Made by a program: the position numbers and the translations under genes. DNA of 64,000 bases from Balanoglossus misakiensis (lineage: Eukaryota > Animalia > Hemichordata). The notes beneath the pieces are model-generated. The model ran no database searches and was not told the DNA's origin. It was given only the letters and a program-made list of their open reading frames with translations. Positions 50,401 to 63,708 of this stretch are shown one piece after another. Numbering within the stretch: the first letter of the stretch is position 1; each line of letters opens with the position of its first letter. The DNA is taken from contig CM082597.2 in the NCBI GenBank assembly GCA_040954595.2, positions 6,597,849 through 6,661,848 of the forward strand, in the 5' to 3' direction.

Positions 50401-52432
50401 ATATTTCTCCATGTGCCATACCTGGGAATTGAAACGTCAAGTAATTATATGTTATCTCCACTCATTAACGTCGATCAACCATCAAACAACAATGGAGAAT
50501 TCAATCCACATGATCTTAAATTGACAGAAACAAGAGATAAATTTGTTAGATTGTTGTACCACATTTTGCAGAGCAATATGGACATATCTCACAGTTTCCG
50601 ATTGAATTTTTCCACAAAAGGAGACATTTGTACACACAGTTTTTTCATATTATAATGTAGTTTCAAAACGCTCAACTCACCACAGTAAGAGACACTTTCC
50701 ATCATACTCTGGAGTAAGTGTACTCCAGTTCTTGTGACTCAAAATGTCCCCGTCTCTTGTGACTGCGCGTTCGTTCTTAATCACACGAGCATCTATCCAG
50801 AATCTATTGTGTTGAAGAAGGCCTCGTTCTTCTAAAATGTTTACTATAGCTGCATGTTTTTCTTCGCTGTCATCTTTAACAAGGCGAAGACCTAATCGCT
50901 CACAAAAAATGTAGGCAGAAGGGTGATCCATCGGCCCGAAAATGTGGTAGGTGACGCAACCTGGAAATCAAATCCTTATTCTTATGACAGTCAGTTTAAA
51001 CAATCACAAAATAATAAGATTCATGTGCTCCTGTTTTCAGGCCTAGGTAAGAAATATCAGCAAAGCGGCGAATCTACACCGTCTAGATGGAAAGAAAGGC
51101 TGTCAAGCAGCGAAATCGAGATAATTTAGCTGCGCAAGGGGTTTGTCAAGCAGCAACACCTAGATAGTCTAGCTGCAATTCCCGGGGTTTTTCCCGAAAG
51201 TCCGTGGGATTTCAAAATGGCGACCAGGAGTACAAACACTCGCTAACTGTCAGTTTTTCCTGATATTTATGTGTTTAAAACACAATTTAGGAATAAAAAG
51301 TAGCGCGTTCTAGGACTAGTGAATTTAAAAATAGTTGTGCCAAACGATTTTGTTAAACTCTCAATACTTTTGAAGAAGATAGAAAAAAACTCGGTGTACG
51401 GACAAGTCTAGCTATGCATGGCTGCAGGGCCCTTGTGTCTTAATGCCGGCGATGCCGCCAAGGCATCACCGTAAGATACACAGCCCTGTAACTGTAAGTT
51501 TATCCCGACACTTGTTTATCTACATGGGTAAACACAAAAATTTCAAAAAGCGAGCAGTTCGGACGTGAGGAGAAATTAATCGCGTCATATTTGGTGTCAG
51601 TTAGGAGGTAGAAGTAGAATAGCTGCGGACCGCAGACGCACCAGATTTCTATGGACCTTTGCAAGGGCTGTGGTGGAGGCCGTGTAACGCCACGAACACA
51701 CAGACCTGTTGGTAGGGCTAGACGTTTCCTTGCTCCGAGTTTTTTTCTATCTTCTTCAAAAGTATTGAGAGTTCAACAAAATCGGTTGGCACAACTATTT
51801 TAAAACGCATTGGTCCCTGAACGCGCTACACGTTATTCCAAAATGTTGCCTTCAAACAAGTAAATATCGGGATAAACTTACAGTTACAGGGATGTGTATC
51901 TCGCCGGCCGTAAGACACAAGGGCCCTGAAGCCATGCACAGCTAGAGACGTGTCCGTGCTCCGAGTTTTTTTTCTATCTTCTTCAAAAGTATTGAGAGTT
52001 TAACAAAAACGTTTGGCACAACTATTTTTAAATGCACTAGTCCAAGAACGCGCTACTTTAAATTCCGAAATTTTGCTTTTAAACACATACATATCAGGAA
52101 AACCTTACAGTTAGCGAGTGTTTGTATTCCTGATCGCCATTTTGAAATCCCACGGAATTTCGGGAAAAACCCCGGGAATTGCAGCTAGACTATCTAGGTG
52201 TTGCTGCTTGACAAACCCCTTGCGCAGCTAAATTATCTCGATTTCGCTGCTTGACAGCCTTTCTTTCCATCTAGACGGTGTAGATTCGCGAGTTTGCTGA
52301 TATTTATTACCTAGGCCTGGTTTTGAGGAATTAAAATGTCTTACCTGCTTGCTGCAGTAATGTCACCGACAGAATGACGAATGTAGCGATGAGCGTTAAC
52401 TTTAAGGGTATTTCACGACAATCTCGCAACAT
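44434..52432 (-). CDS. Copy A: secreted 2x C-type-lectin-like + polycystin-1-like GAIN/GPS protein with no TM domain (~646 aa, 13 exons)
   Basis: Exons (-): 52432-52345 (signal MLRDCREIPLKLTLIATFVILSVTLLQQAG), 50960-50681, 50421-50342, 49656-49395, 48846-48770, 47662-47592, 47305-47215, 46879-46545, 46220-46112, 45877-45753, 45546-45318, 44898-44813, 44541-44434; 1941 nt in frame. GPS: CSYFDENNWQNDGCKV...TLCLCNHL|TVFSAMVGVVESDGRCHV*. Confidence 0.8.
48084..48414. mobile_element. Family B Kolobok-like MITE, full-length copy, present only in copy A intron 5
   Basis: TTAA|AGGGACAAAGTC...GACTTTGTCCCT|TTAA. Confidence 0.8.
49688..50050. mobile_element. Family E TTAA-flanked element
   Basis: homologous to 9103-9455. 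Confidence 0.7.
51038..52319. mobile_element. 1.28-kb non-autonomous DNA transposon with ~380-bp TIRs, CAG termini and 5-bp TSD (GTTTT)
   Basis: GTTTT|CAGGCCTAGGTAA...TTACCTAGGCCTG|GTTTT; the empty site GCTCCTGTTTTGAG is in the paralogue at ~61290. Confidence 0.88.
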
Positions 52433-54508
52433 TTTACAGCTTCTCAGGCAAGTCATGGTTGCGAGTTGTGCGGCTAATCTGCGATCAACCTGTATATTAA
52501 AAGCTTGATAAGTTATGCGTGTTTTGCAAAGAATTGTAACTACTGGTTGTGTGAGCAAGGCCGCAGGGAGACGCTATGCCTTGGGATCGTTTGGAACTGG
52601 AACGTTGCTGCGTCAATTGCCCCGCCCCTACACGTTTCTCAAGATAACAAGAATAACGTCTTTGTGTATGTACAAACTTCAACTGCTGAAGGACATTAAA
52701 AGCGCTCAGGGGACTTGACAAATGATTATGTTTTGTAAAGAATTGCAACCGCCGCAGAGAGCATGGGATAAATGGAGACGCTATGTCATGCTCTTTCATG
52801 TTTTGTTAGCAGATACATCCTAGGGGTTGTTCGGTCCAACCAACTGGAACGTTACTGCGTCAATTGCCACTACCCTCGAGATAACAAAAAGATAGTCTTT
52901 GTGCATGTACACACGTTACCTGCTGAAGGGCACAATGAAAAGTGTAAAGGGGTGCATGTTTGAACAATTAAAATTCGTGGGAAATTATATTTGAAAACAG
53001 TATTGCATATATCGAATGACAAGTTTCCCTGGTCTATTGTTTAAATCAAGGAAATACGTACGTGTAAATATCAACTTTAATTCCTATACTGTTTCACCCA
53101 ACTAATGGAATTTCGGCTTATTGTCCTGTAAATATACATTTCTCTTGAGTGTACATGTGATATATATTTAATGTCTTGCCTTTCATGCATTGACCACACA
53201 AATGATAATGCTACTATGCGGTTTCCCAGAGGTTAATCCTCCGGTAAGGGCCCCCTGGATTAGATCTTAAGAGAGTGGCTTTAATTTATTTATGGTCACA
53301 TTTTTATTCTCAAATTCTGTAGTTCTAAAAATACAATTTGTAATATTCTACCGCCTCTCATGTCATCTGCATTTAACATTTGCATTATTCAGATATTGAA
53401 TGACTTCTGCTGCTGCGGGATATGTTGTGACATATGCGAGTATGAATTCAGCACATCTGGTATACAAAAGTGTGTGCAAAATTTACCCAAATACGACATA
53501 CACCCCCCCCCCTCAATATCAACATTCCCAAAATCGATCGTCTCCCACTACGTGAGGAATGCAACATTTTCAAATGCTTTCGACGAATGTTGCAATGATC
53601 GTTAACGTCAAAGGGATTTCACGACAACATTGTAACAATTTACGTCTTCACAGGCAATCCATGGGTGACAAATTTTGCATCTGACCCCAATCAATGAAAA
53701 TTCGGCAAATTGTCCCGCACTTATACATTTCCTTTGAGTGTACGTGTGATATATATTTAATAACTTGTCTTTAGTACATTGTCCACGTCAATAATAATGC
53801 TACAATACGGATTACCAGAGGTTAACCCTTCGGTTAGGGTTCTGAGGTAGACCCTGAAAGAGTGGCTTTAATTTATTTATGGCAACATTTCTTATTCAAA
53901 AAATTGCTATTCTAGAAATCCAATTGTAAGATTTTATCGCCTCTCTTGTCATCTACATGTCACATTTGCATTATTCAGTTGATGACTAACTTCCGCTGCG
54001 GGAGATGTCGGTGAAGATAAATATGTCCAGGAATTCAAAACGGCACATATGGTGAGAAAGTATCTGCAAAATCTACCCAAATACGGCATAGTTTATTCCT
54101 CAAATATCCACATTCCAAAAAAAATCGATTGTCTGCCATTATGTATAGTATGCAAATTTTTCAAAAGTTTTGTAAAGAACCCCATCGAGAACAACAACAA
54201 TAACAACCCCTCCCTCCTTCCCTCCCTCCCTTCCATCCACCAGAGTATCATCAAATGAAGTGTAATTTGATTCGATGGGAAAAGGCGCCATACATACATA
54301 CTGCACTTTAAGTGTACGCTTTAATATCAACCATAATAATCCCGAGTAATCCAAGGCCAACACATACAATTTGTTTTAAAGTTACAGAATATAACTCCAC
54401 CATGATGACAAGTGAAATTATGGGTTATTACAATGGCAAGTGACAGCTTACATGTACATTATTAGTTCAAAACTTGTCCCATAACCTTATTTTGTCACTT
54501 CTCTAGAT

Positions 54509-57500
54509 CTAATGGACGACCCTGCGCTCATCGTGGAATCGTCCATCAGATTCAACAACTCCCACCATTGCACTGAAAACAGTCAGGTGATTACACAGAC
54601 AAAGGGTAGAATTGAAGTCGGATTTTGGTGACACCTGCAAGATATCAAGCAGAAAAAAACGTGATGACAAAGCATTAGGCGTTTCTTTGCAAGTGAAACA
54701 AGATCAAACACCTGGTTCACATCCCAGCGTTAATTTAAACAAGGAAAAGCGCCCTCACGTGAATCAGTACATTTTTTACGTTTACGGTATTTTCCATGTG
54801 TCAGTATTAATTGTAAGATGCAGTACCTAGTTCTGCATTTTAAGTTTTTGTTGCATATTTATCCACAGTACCCACTGAAATCACACTGATTGCCACTTGT
54901 CTTAAATTGCATCAATCGCAAGTACATGGAGCATTTCAACTTTTGCAAAATTTAGAAGAAATTAATTTGTATACCTTACAACCATCATTCTGCCAGTTAG
55001 TCTCATCAAAGTAGCTACATCTGTGTTGAGTAGTGAGAACAGTGATGTCAACCCCATGGGCTGTAGTGAAAAAAAGATATACAGAACTGCGGTTACATCA
55101 ACATATTCCATATAAAACCAACTGGTGTGTCTGTAAGGTAGTGTGCACCCAGAAAATGAAATTCATAATTTTTTGTATTATACTGCTAAAGGCAAAAGAA
55201 ATACAGAACGCATACCACGTGTTTTGTGTACACCTTTGTATGGAGGCCGATTAAACGGGTTGAGCGCCCGTTTAATATATCACTTGATCAAATTGCAACA
55301 TGCAGTCACAATTGGGCATCGACAAGAAGTAAATGTATAACAATCAGTAAGCATATTTAGATAAACATAAGTAAGCATATTTAGATGAACCCATCTAAGC
55401 TCGATAGTAAAATTAGAAAATTGGGAACGCTATTTTAAAACCGCAAGATCGTAGTATAACTTTCTACATATGTACGTTTTTGAAATTAAAAAGAAGCATA
55501 AACAGCAAAAAAAAGAAAAGAAAACATAACTATGAGTTTCAATCAACGATCATTGTGCAATAGTTGTATTAATTATGTAAATACCACAATCTTACCACTG
55601 GTAAGGTCAAAGAATATGGAATACAAGCCCGTCCTGGTGATCTTTGCTTCTGGTAGAAATATGGATGCTGTACACCCTGCAAATACCAACTCAGTTATAT
55701 AATGGAAACCACTGTAGCCACCGACGGCGTCAAGGCTTTCCAGCGACACGTATGCTGTAGTAGTCTCAAAGACAGGCGCTGATGCTTCCAGGATGATTTG
55801 AAATGCAGAGTAGGCCGATAGCGCCTACAACGAGAAATTGAGATAAAGTTAACATAATGAAATTTGTGAGGTAAAGGATAACACTGTGTTTGAAATAGCA
55901 CCAATGTCATTTATACTCATGTTTGAGTTTTGCCCCATTGACCAAATGGTTATGTTAAAGACTAGATCAGAAAACATGTAATGATCAGTGAATTTCATAT
56001 ATTATGTAAAAGATTACCGTTACTGTCAATGCATAGTGAGTGACTCCTTCCCTTTCCACGTATAATCCCCTGACGATGCTTTCATTTATAGGTGTCTGAT
56101 AATTACCAAGCCATACGTCGAGATCCTTGGAAGCATTTTTCACTGAAAAGGTAGATGTTTCATGATAATTTTAAAATAATGCTAAAACTAAATTCACAAA
56201 TTGGTCATTAATCGACTTCTGCCCTCCAAGATGGCATGTTTATACAAGTATGTCGCCGGGTTTCTAGTTAAAGGAATTCGCCATTTCCGGTTTAAATGGT
56301 GCGACGTTAACTGGTAAAATATTGAGAGTTCAATGCGAATGTTAGGATACCACTGATGGCCTTAATGAAAACTAACCTTTAATCTCATTACCATCTTCAT
56401 CTCTGAATTCCAGGGACAATATATATGTTGTGAAGCCATGTGTCCTATTTGCCAATCTGTGGGGGTTACCACCGAAACGGAAAATCTAAATAAAAAAAAG
56501 TTACTTTAATTATTCCTCGAGCACCAGACCGCATAGAAATGTTAATGATCTTATTTTGTAAAATAAAATAAAATGACAATGGGTGCATTGACACAACACA
56601 GATGTCAGCCTATAGTTCATCCCATAAAATGACATCTTACCAGAACGTCACATTAAAGTTAACTGGCGGCAAATAGTTATACGTTTATCCATGTACAACA
56701 ATAGAGCTATGTTTGATATAAACAAACGTTATATATTGTTTCTTATTATCATCGAATTTGTATACGGACCATTCTGCTCAAGACTGTGTCCCACGACAAT
56801 TGTTGAAACATAATATCTGCTGGTGGAATACTAAATCCACTTCCATCTCCAATCATTATGGTGACGTTGCACAATTCCTGCGCAAAGTTCTTTTCCAGAT
56901 GCAGCACAAGAGAAGACGTTTTCACGATGATTGGTTCATGTCCACAATTAGTCTCGTTCAGTATAAACATTGATAACTGGTGGAATACTTTTGTTGTTAT
57001 CTTTGTCAGGTGATTTGCCTGCCTGGGATTCAGTCTCTGGCTCGGATTGGTGTCGATTAGGGATTGCATTCTGTCCATCACTTTTTGCATGACATTCAGT
57101 GTTTCTGTAATATGCAAACATTGGCATTTAAAACTATCTCACTCTGTTTGACTGTCTTTCTCGGCTTTACATCAATGCCCGAAAAATATTAAGTGAGTTT
57201 CATTTCTTGTAACCATTTGGAAAAAAAATGATGGAGTGATAATGGAGTCCTGTCCTCCTACTTTTAATTTAGTGTATCATTCAGCAGTCTGACATGTCCA
57301 ATACTCGATTTTTCTCTAAGCAATACAATCACCAATAATTTGCATGTTTTGTTGAAACAAACGAACTGCAGTTGACGCATTTTCGATACGCTTAATAATT
57401 GCAAGGCCCTATTTTTCTGCATCTAATACAATTATCTCATATACATCTTTGGATGATATTGAATGCGGACGGTGTTGTGATGGATTCCGATGTCAAAGAA

Positions 57501-60500
57501 TCATTTTGGTTAAAACAACAAAATATAACAATACCTTTTGCAAATGTAATTCTTCCTCCAAATATGACACCTATATTTGAAAGGTCAGAGGTTAAAGTGT
57601 CCACCTTGTCAATTACACTTATGCCCTGGCAAAAGAATATACACTTACATAGTCATAGTATGTGGTTAATAGCATTACATGTATGTGGAATTGTTTAGTA
57701 TGGAACATTTTCAAAAATGTTCTATCTCTCATGTGGATTTCGCTGACTTGTGGCTTTATATAACACAGTGCATTACATGAGTCTTAAATGATTGGAACCT
57801 TTCTTACCACATCTGCTGTTCTGAATTCGTCGTCACTGATCTTGACCAAACTCTCACGAATCAGAAGTAAGTCATCATCTGAATGTTGCAAATGTGAAAT
57901 TCAGATGGCGTGAGAGGGGGCAAAGTATTATCAATTGAATTTCTAAAATTGCGAAGGCACTAATGACTTAAAATAGCACAGGAATATATTACACATTCTC
58001 TAAGGAGACGTCTTTGCCAGTCAATGCCAAATTATCCATTTACCGAAAACAACAGGTAATCGTCCATTATACATATTTTCAATGTGACTCCCTTCCACGC
58101 GGATAAATATATATTTACAATTAAAGTGTATGCATTTGTCGACTTTGCATGTATCATGGCGTATGTTGAATGTATACACACCACAGAACTACACAGGTGG
58201 TCAAATGTGTAGGAAAGGGGTAATTTAAGAACGAGATTAATCGCTGATGTCTCAAAATACTTACCGTTATCCTCGCAAACTAAATCCAGTGGTCTGTTAC
58301 AGTCTCTAGTTAACCATTCACATTTGTCTGAGGTTGGGACACACCTGAATAAAAGATTCACTGTTAAACGCTTATTGAAGTTAATGTCTACAATGGTCAC
58401 TGCACAGTGTCTATATTGATAATTATACGTGTGTAGAATGATCTCTATAGGATGGCCTCATGACCAACCTGCAAAATTTGCATTAATGAATAAAATCATT
58501 AACCGCGCTGCCACACCCTGGCTTAGTGTTCTAAAATCGTTATGAATATTTAAAATAAAATTTGGTATGGGCATGGTGCCGATAAATTTCCTACATCCAC
58601 TGTCTACTATGCTGTAAAACGCATGTTGGAATGATATTGCAGCCAGCGTTAGCTGTAAAGTATCCTGCTCACATTGTGGTTTGCGATTCAGACGATATAG
58701 CAGGTAAAGTTGATAAAATACCAGAAATAGTGCAAAATACTGATTGTAACCTTTAAGATAAGAAACACGTGTTGCAAAAGCATACACACATTTAACTGCC
58801 ATTATTTCTCCAAGGCAAAACATAAAACTCAAACTTGACAAAATACCAGAAATAGTGCAAAGGTAGTGATCTTTAGCAGCAGAGAGTAACCTTTGGGATA
58901 AGAAAACGTAACAATACACACATATTCAAATCATTCAACTGCCATCATTTCTCCTATGTAATCTCGAAAGTTGGAACTCTATGACAGTTAACGTCATGAA
59001 AGAAATGTAAAACTATGTCTTCTGTGTGGCACTAAGGACAATAGCTTGAACAGACAGCGACTCACCTTACGTAAATACACCACCCGACGACAAGATTCTG
59101 GGCGGGGGCATAATGGGAGTGTTCCAGTATTAAACCGCTGCTTGTCTTCACGGTGCCATCTGCCGTGATGGTGGCGTCAATCCAAAATCTTGGCGTGTAT
59201 GCATCACAAATGGACACACAATACTGGTCGATGTTCCATTCAGTGGTGTCAGTCAGAAGACGAAGCCCACTCTTCTCACATAGCTGGTATGAAGACATCA
59301 TGCTCGCCCGTGTGGGAATTAAGTCTAAAGATGCTGCATATTGGGGAAAAAAGTCATTTCTTTCCCGTCAAATTCGAATACGCAAAAAGTATATTTTGTT
59401 TTGGTGCAATTAAAGGCATATAAGCTGCAACTTTTGGGATAATTATCATAATTTTTGTTTCAAATTATTTATCTAAATAAACCAATACATTTTGACCACT
59501 TAAAGAAAAAAAATGCTATGAATTGACTCTTATCCATAGCTAAAGGAAACTTGAAGATTAATAATTTAAGCATTTCATCACATTCAGTGCATTATTTTCA
59601 GAAACGGAGCACTAATCAGAACAAGTCATAAAATATGCAAATTTGCCTTGCATTGATTAGAAATAGGCACAGTATTTTTAAATACAGTATAATTGATATA
59701 GAAACAGTTTGGCTGACTATTTCAATTAAATTTGGTGCAGGAACTCGGGATTCGAAGGGCTAACTGCCCAAATTAGTTAAATATGCAAATTATTCATAAT
59801 TAACATGACACTGCTAAATGTCATACAAAATAGTCAGATTCCTGTCGTATCAACATTTCTAGCATGTTTCATCAAATTCGGTACATATATTTCACAAATA
59901 TAGCACTAAACAAAACAGGTTCATAAAATGCAAATGAGCTGTAAGTTATTACTAAATGCAGCTTAATAGACGTGAAAACAGTATCTAGAGATTCATCGGA
60001 TTTGCTGTATGAGCTCTGGATCGTTTGAGGCCGATTGATTAAAATCATTAAATCTGAAAATTAGCCATTAATTAACATTTCATTGCTAAATTTCTCATAA
60101 CACAGCCACATGTCGGTCACATCAATATCTGTAGCAAATTTCATCAAATTCGGTGCAGTAATTTCGGAAATATAGCATAAATTAGAAAATGTCATTAAAT
60201 ATGCAAATAGGCCTAAGCAGGTAATCGACCACATACAATACCATTATAACCTCGTGAGATACTGAATCACGTGAGTAAAATGTTATAGAATACCAAAAAA
60301 CATGATAGGTTAGGTCACTCGCCAGGAACAACCGTGAACTTGGTTAAAAGATCTTCATTAAACTGTAACTTACTTGCATTTTCACATAAAACGTTATGGA
60401 GGCGCGAACACTCAAAATAGCCCCTCTCTTTTCTGTGAATTAAAAAGTTTTGAAAGTATATTAAAGTTTCACCCCTTAACGCAAGTCAACCCGTACATCT

Positions 60501-61438
60501 GACAAACTATATTGAAACGTTTTCTACATGTTCCCTTTAACTTTATTAAGACACGGAGTTATTTAATAATAAGGTCAACTTGATCTAAAATTTAGAAAAA
60601 ATAGGCAAATGTGGGTAAATGTTTTACCACATTTTGCAGAATTTTCAGATAAAGCTTGGTGTTCAAAAGTAACGTTGATAGAAAACTGGACATATATCAA
60701 AGTTGCAGATAGAAATTTCCCATAAACTCGAGGTATATGGGTGTGCAATTGTCAATAATGTTCTTCTGGAGACATTGCCGATTGTAACATCTGGATATCA
60801 TTAAAATGTAAATTAATTCTGTCCCCACTGATATATTTTTACAGATTGCATGTCTCTGCACTGGCTCGACTGTGACTGATTAAAGTTAAGCTATATAAAA
60901 ATGACCACAAAGACATTATTTTTCATATTTAAATATATTGTCAAAACTCTCAACTCACTTTATTGCGGCGCAATTTCCCCATTTCAATTGAACCTGCGGC
61001 TGGAAAGTCAAAATTTCCCCATCTCCTGTGACTACGCTTCCGTCGTCAATTAACAGTCCGTCTATCCAGTACCATATGTCTGCGATGCCTCGTTTCTCTA
61101 AAGTGTTTACTATAGCTGCGTTTTTTCTTTCACTGTCAACTTTAACAAGGCGAAGACCCAATCGCTCACAAACCGTGTAAGCTGTAGCGTGATCCGACCA
61201 CCCGCGAAAGATGTTGCAATCTGGATATCAAATCGTTATTCTTATTACAATCATTCATTTACCAATAACACGATGATAAGACTTATGAGCTCCTGTTTTG
61301 AGCAGCTTTAGACTTTCTGAACGTGCACAAATCCAAAATTAGTGTCTTACCTGCTTGCTGCAGCAATGTCACCGACAACATCACGAATGTAGCGACGAGA
61401 GTCAACGTCGAAGGTATTTTACCACAATCTTTTAACAT
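54509..61438 (-). CDS. Copy B: secreted 2x C-type-lectin-like + GAIN/GPS protein with no TM domain (~642 aa, 13 exons)
   Basis: Exons (-): 61438-61351, 61220-60959, 60432-60374, 59333-59066, 58344-58265, 57878-57808, 57625-57535, 57104-56770, 56485-56377, 56142-56018, 55824-55596, 55060-54975, 54634-54509; 1929 nt, same phases as copy A; ends CLCNHL|TVFSAMVGVVESDGRFHDERRVVH*. Confidence 0.8.
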
Positions 61439-62314
61439 TTTACAGCTTCTCAGGCAAGCCACAGTTGAATGCTTTGCGACTAATCTGCGATAATCTAATA
61501 TATGAACAATTTGACCAAATATGCGTATAACCCAAGAGTGTACATGTGATCTATATTTGAAAACTTGTCTTTAGTGCATTGTCCACGTCAATAATAAGGC
61601 TACAATACGGATTCCCAGAGGCTAACCCATCGGTTAGGGTTCTGAGGTAGATCCTGAAAGAGTGGCTTTAATTTATTTATGGCAACATTTCTTATTCAAA
61701 AAATTGCAATTAGAGAAGTCCAATTGTAAGATTTTATCGCCTCTCACGTCATCTACATTTCACATTTGCATTATTCAGATGATGACTAACTTCCGCTGCG
61801 GGAGATGTCGGTGAAGATAAATATGTCTACGGCACATATGATACAAACATATCTGCAAAATATACCCATACTGCATAGTTTATTCCCCCTAATATCCACA
61901 TTCCAAAAAATCGATCGGCGGGCACTATGTAGAGTATGCAAACATTTTCAAAGGCTTTGTATAACCTATCTAATCACGACATACTCACTCAAGAAATACT
62001 CACTCACTCACTCACCCACCCAACAAACCAACCACCCACCCACCCGTTAAAATTGCTTTGTCTGATAACTAAAGATTTTATCCTTAGGGCGGCCAAAAAT
62101 AGCATTTTCATCTAGACAAGGAATGGACAACGGAGAGATTTAAAAACAGACTATTTTTGTTTTCTGTTCCATAGATCAGGGATACATTTTCTGTTTTCAT
62201 TACGGTATTTGTCAGGTGAACACATTAGCTACATTGTAAGTATAGAAATATGAATTTAGATTCTCACCAAAATTCATTTCGCAGCTATTACAAATTACTA
62301 TGCAAATTTTACAT

Positions 62315-62372
62315 ATTCATTCATTCATTCATTCATTCATTCATTCATTTAATCATACATACATACATACAT

Positions 62373-62463
<91 letters not shown>

Positions 62464-62533
62464 TACACACATACATACATACATACATACATACATACAT
62501 ACATACATACATACATACATACATACATACATA
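62315..62533 (+). repeat. Compound (ATTC)n/(ATAC)n/(AC)n microsatellite
   Basis: directly visible. Confidence 0.95.
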
Positions 62534-63708
62534 CGAAGTATGCTGTTGGACTGGTCCGATACAAAGTGCTCAATACAAAAGTAGAGTGGAGTATAAAGTA
62601 GGGTAGTAGGAGAAACGAAAGGCGGTAAAATCTCTACAACGCTGTTTCGCGAGTCACTGGGCTCACTCATCAGGAGACCAAACTGGCGAAAATGCAAGGG
62701 GGAAGGCGCGTTCATATGCAGGTACGCAGATGGTGGAATGTATGTTGGGGTGGGCCGTTTTGCATAACAATATGTGTAGCTGCATGGTTTGACTCAATTA
62801 ATAGAAATTCTGCATATGTCTTGTAAATATACATCTCTCTTGAGTGTATAGGCTTATATATGATATACAATGTCCTGCTTTCCATGCATTGTACACGGCA
62901 ATGATGCTACAATACAGATTCCCAGAGGTTAGATATTGAGAGAGTTGCTTTTAATTTATTTATGGTCCCTTTTTATTCTCAAACTGTGCAATTCTAGACA
63001 GACAATTTGCCACGTTCCACCGCTTCTCACGTTATCAGCACATTTTCATTATTCAACTGATAATTTACATCTGCTGTGGGATATGTCACAATTACAGAAT
63101 ACTATAACTCCGCCAATTAATGACAAGTACAATAACGGGTTATTACAATGACAAGTGACAGTAATGGTTATTACAAAACATAAAATATTGATCAATGTAT
63201 ACATGTATATATCCTATCCTGGCACATTACAAAGACATGTGTAAATTACATCGAACTATATGATTTTTATAAACCTCCGTCAATGCTCATTTCAGACCCA
63301 TCGGTCCTTGTGTTTCTGTCCAGCGTAAGCGCACTGGGCAAGAACAATGTAAGAGTGCGAAAAGTGTCGCAGTACAATTATGAAACAGTGTATTACTCCG
63401 CCTGACTACAGACAAACACAATCAATCATAGACGTACGCAACCTAACAAAATGCAATTCTTTTTTAAACATCAAATTTTCATCCAAACGCTTCTCTTTCG
63501 GACACCTCTAGCTAAATATACATCTATGCTTTTTACTTGATTCATTATCACCTAAAAACTCTTTCCAAAACTGCAATATGAACATTTCTTGCTTCATAAA
63601 GTCTAAAAAACACGAACACATTTTGAATGCTACATCATCTGTTTAGAACTCGCCCGAAAAGCTTATCTTGTCACATACATGTATGTAGACCCAAAGGTCG
63701 CCCCTGTG

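Noticed and set aside
59560-60350. Degenerate internally repetitive insert in copy B intron 3
   Set aside because: Probably an old non-autonomous TE, but I could not define its termini well enough to call it.
60640-60790. Candidate exon 3 of copy B after TGATATCCAG
   Set aside because: No phase-compatible donor before a stop; 60432-60374 fits the phase and ends LCEN like copy A.
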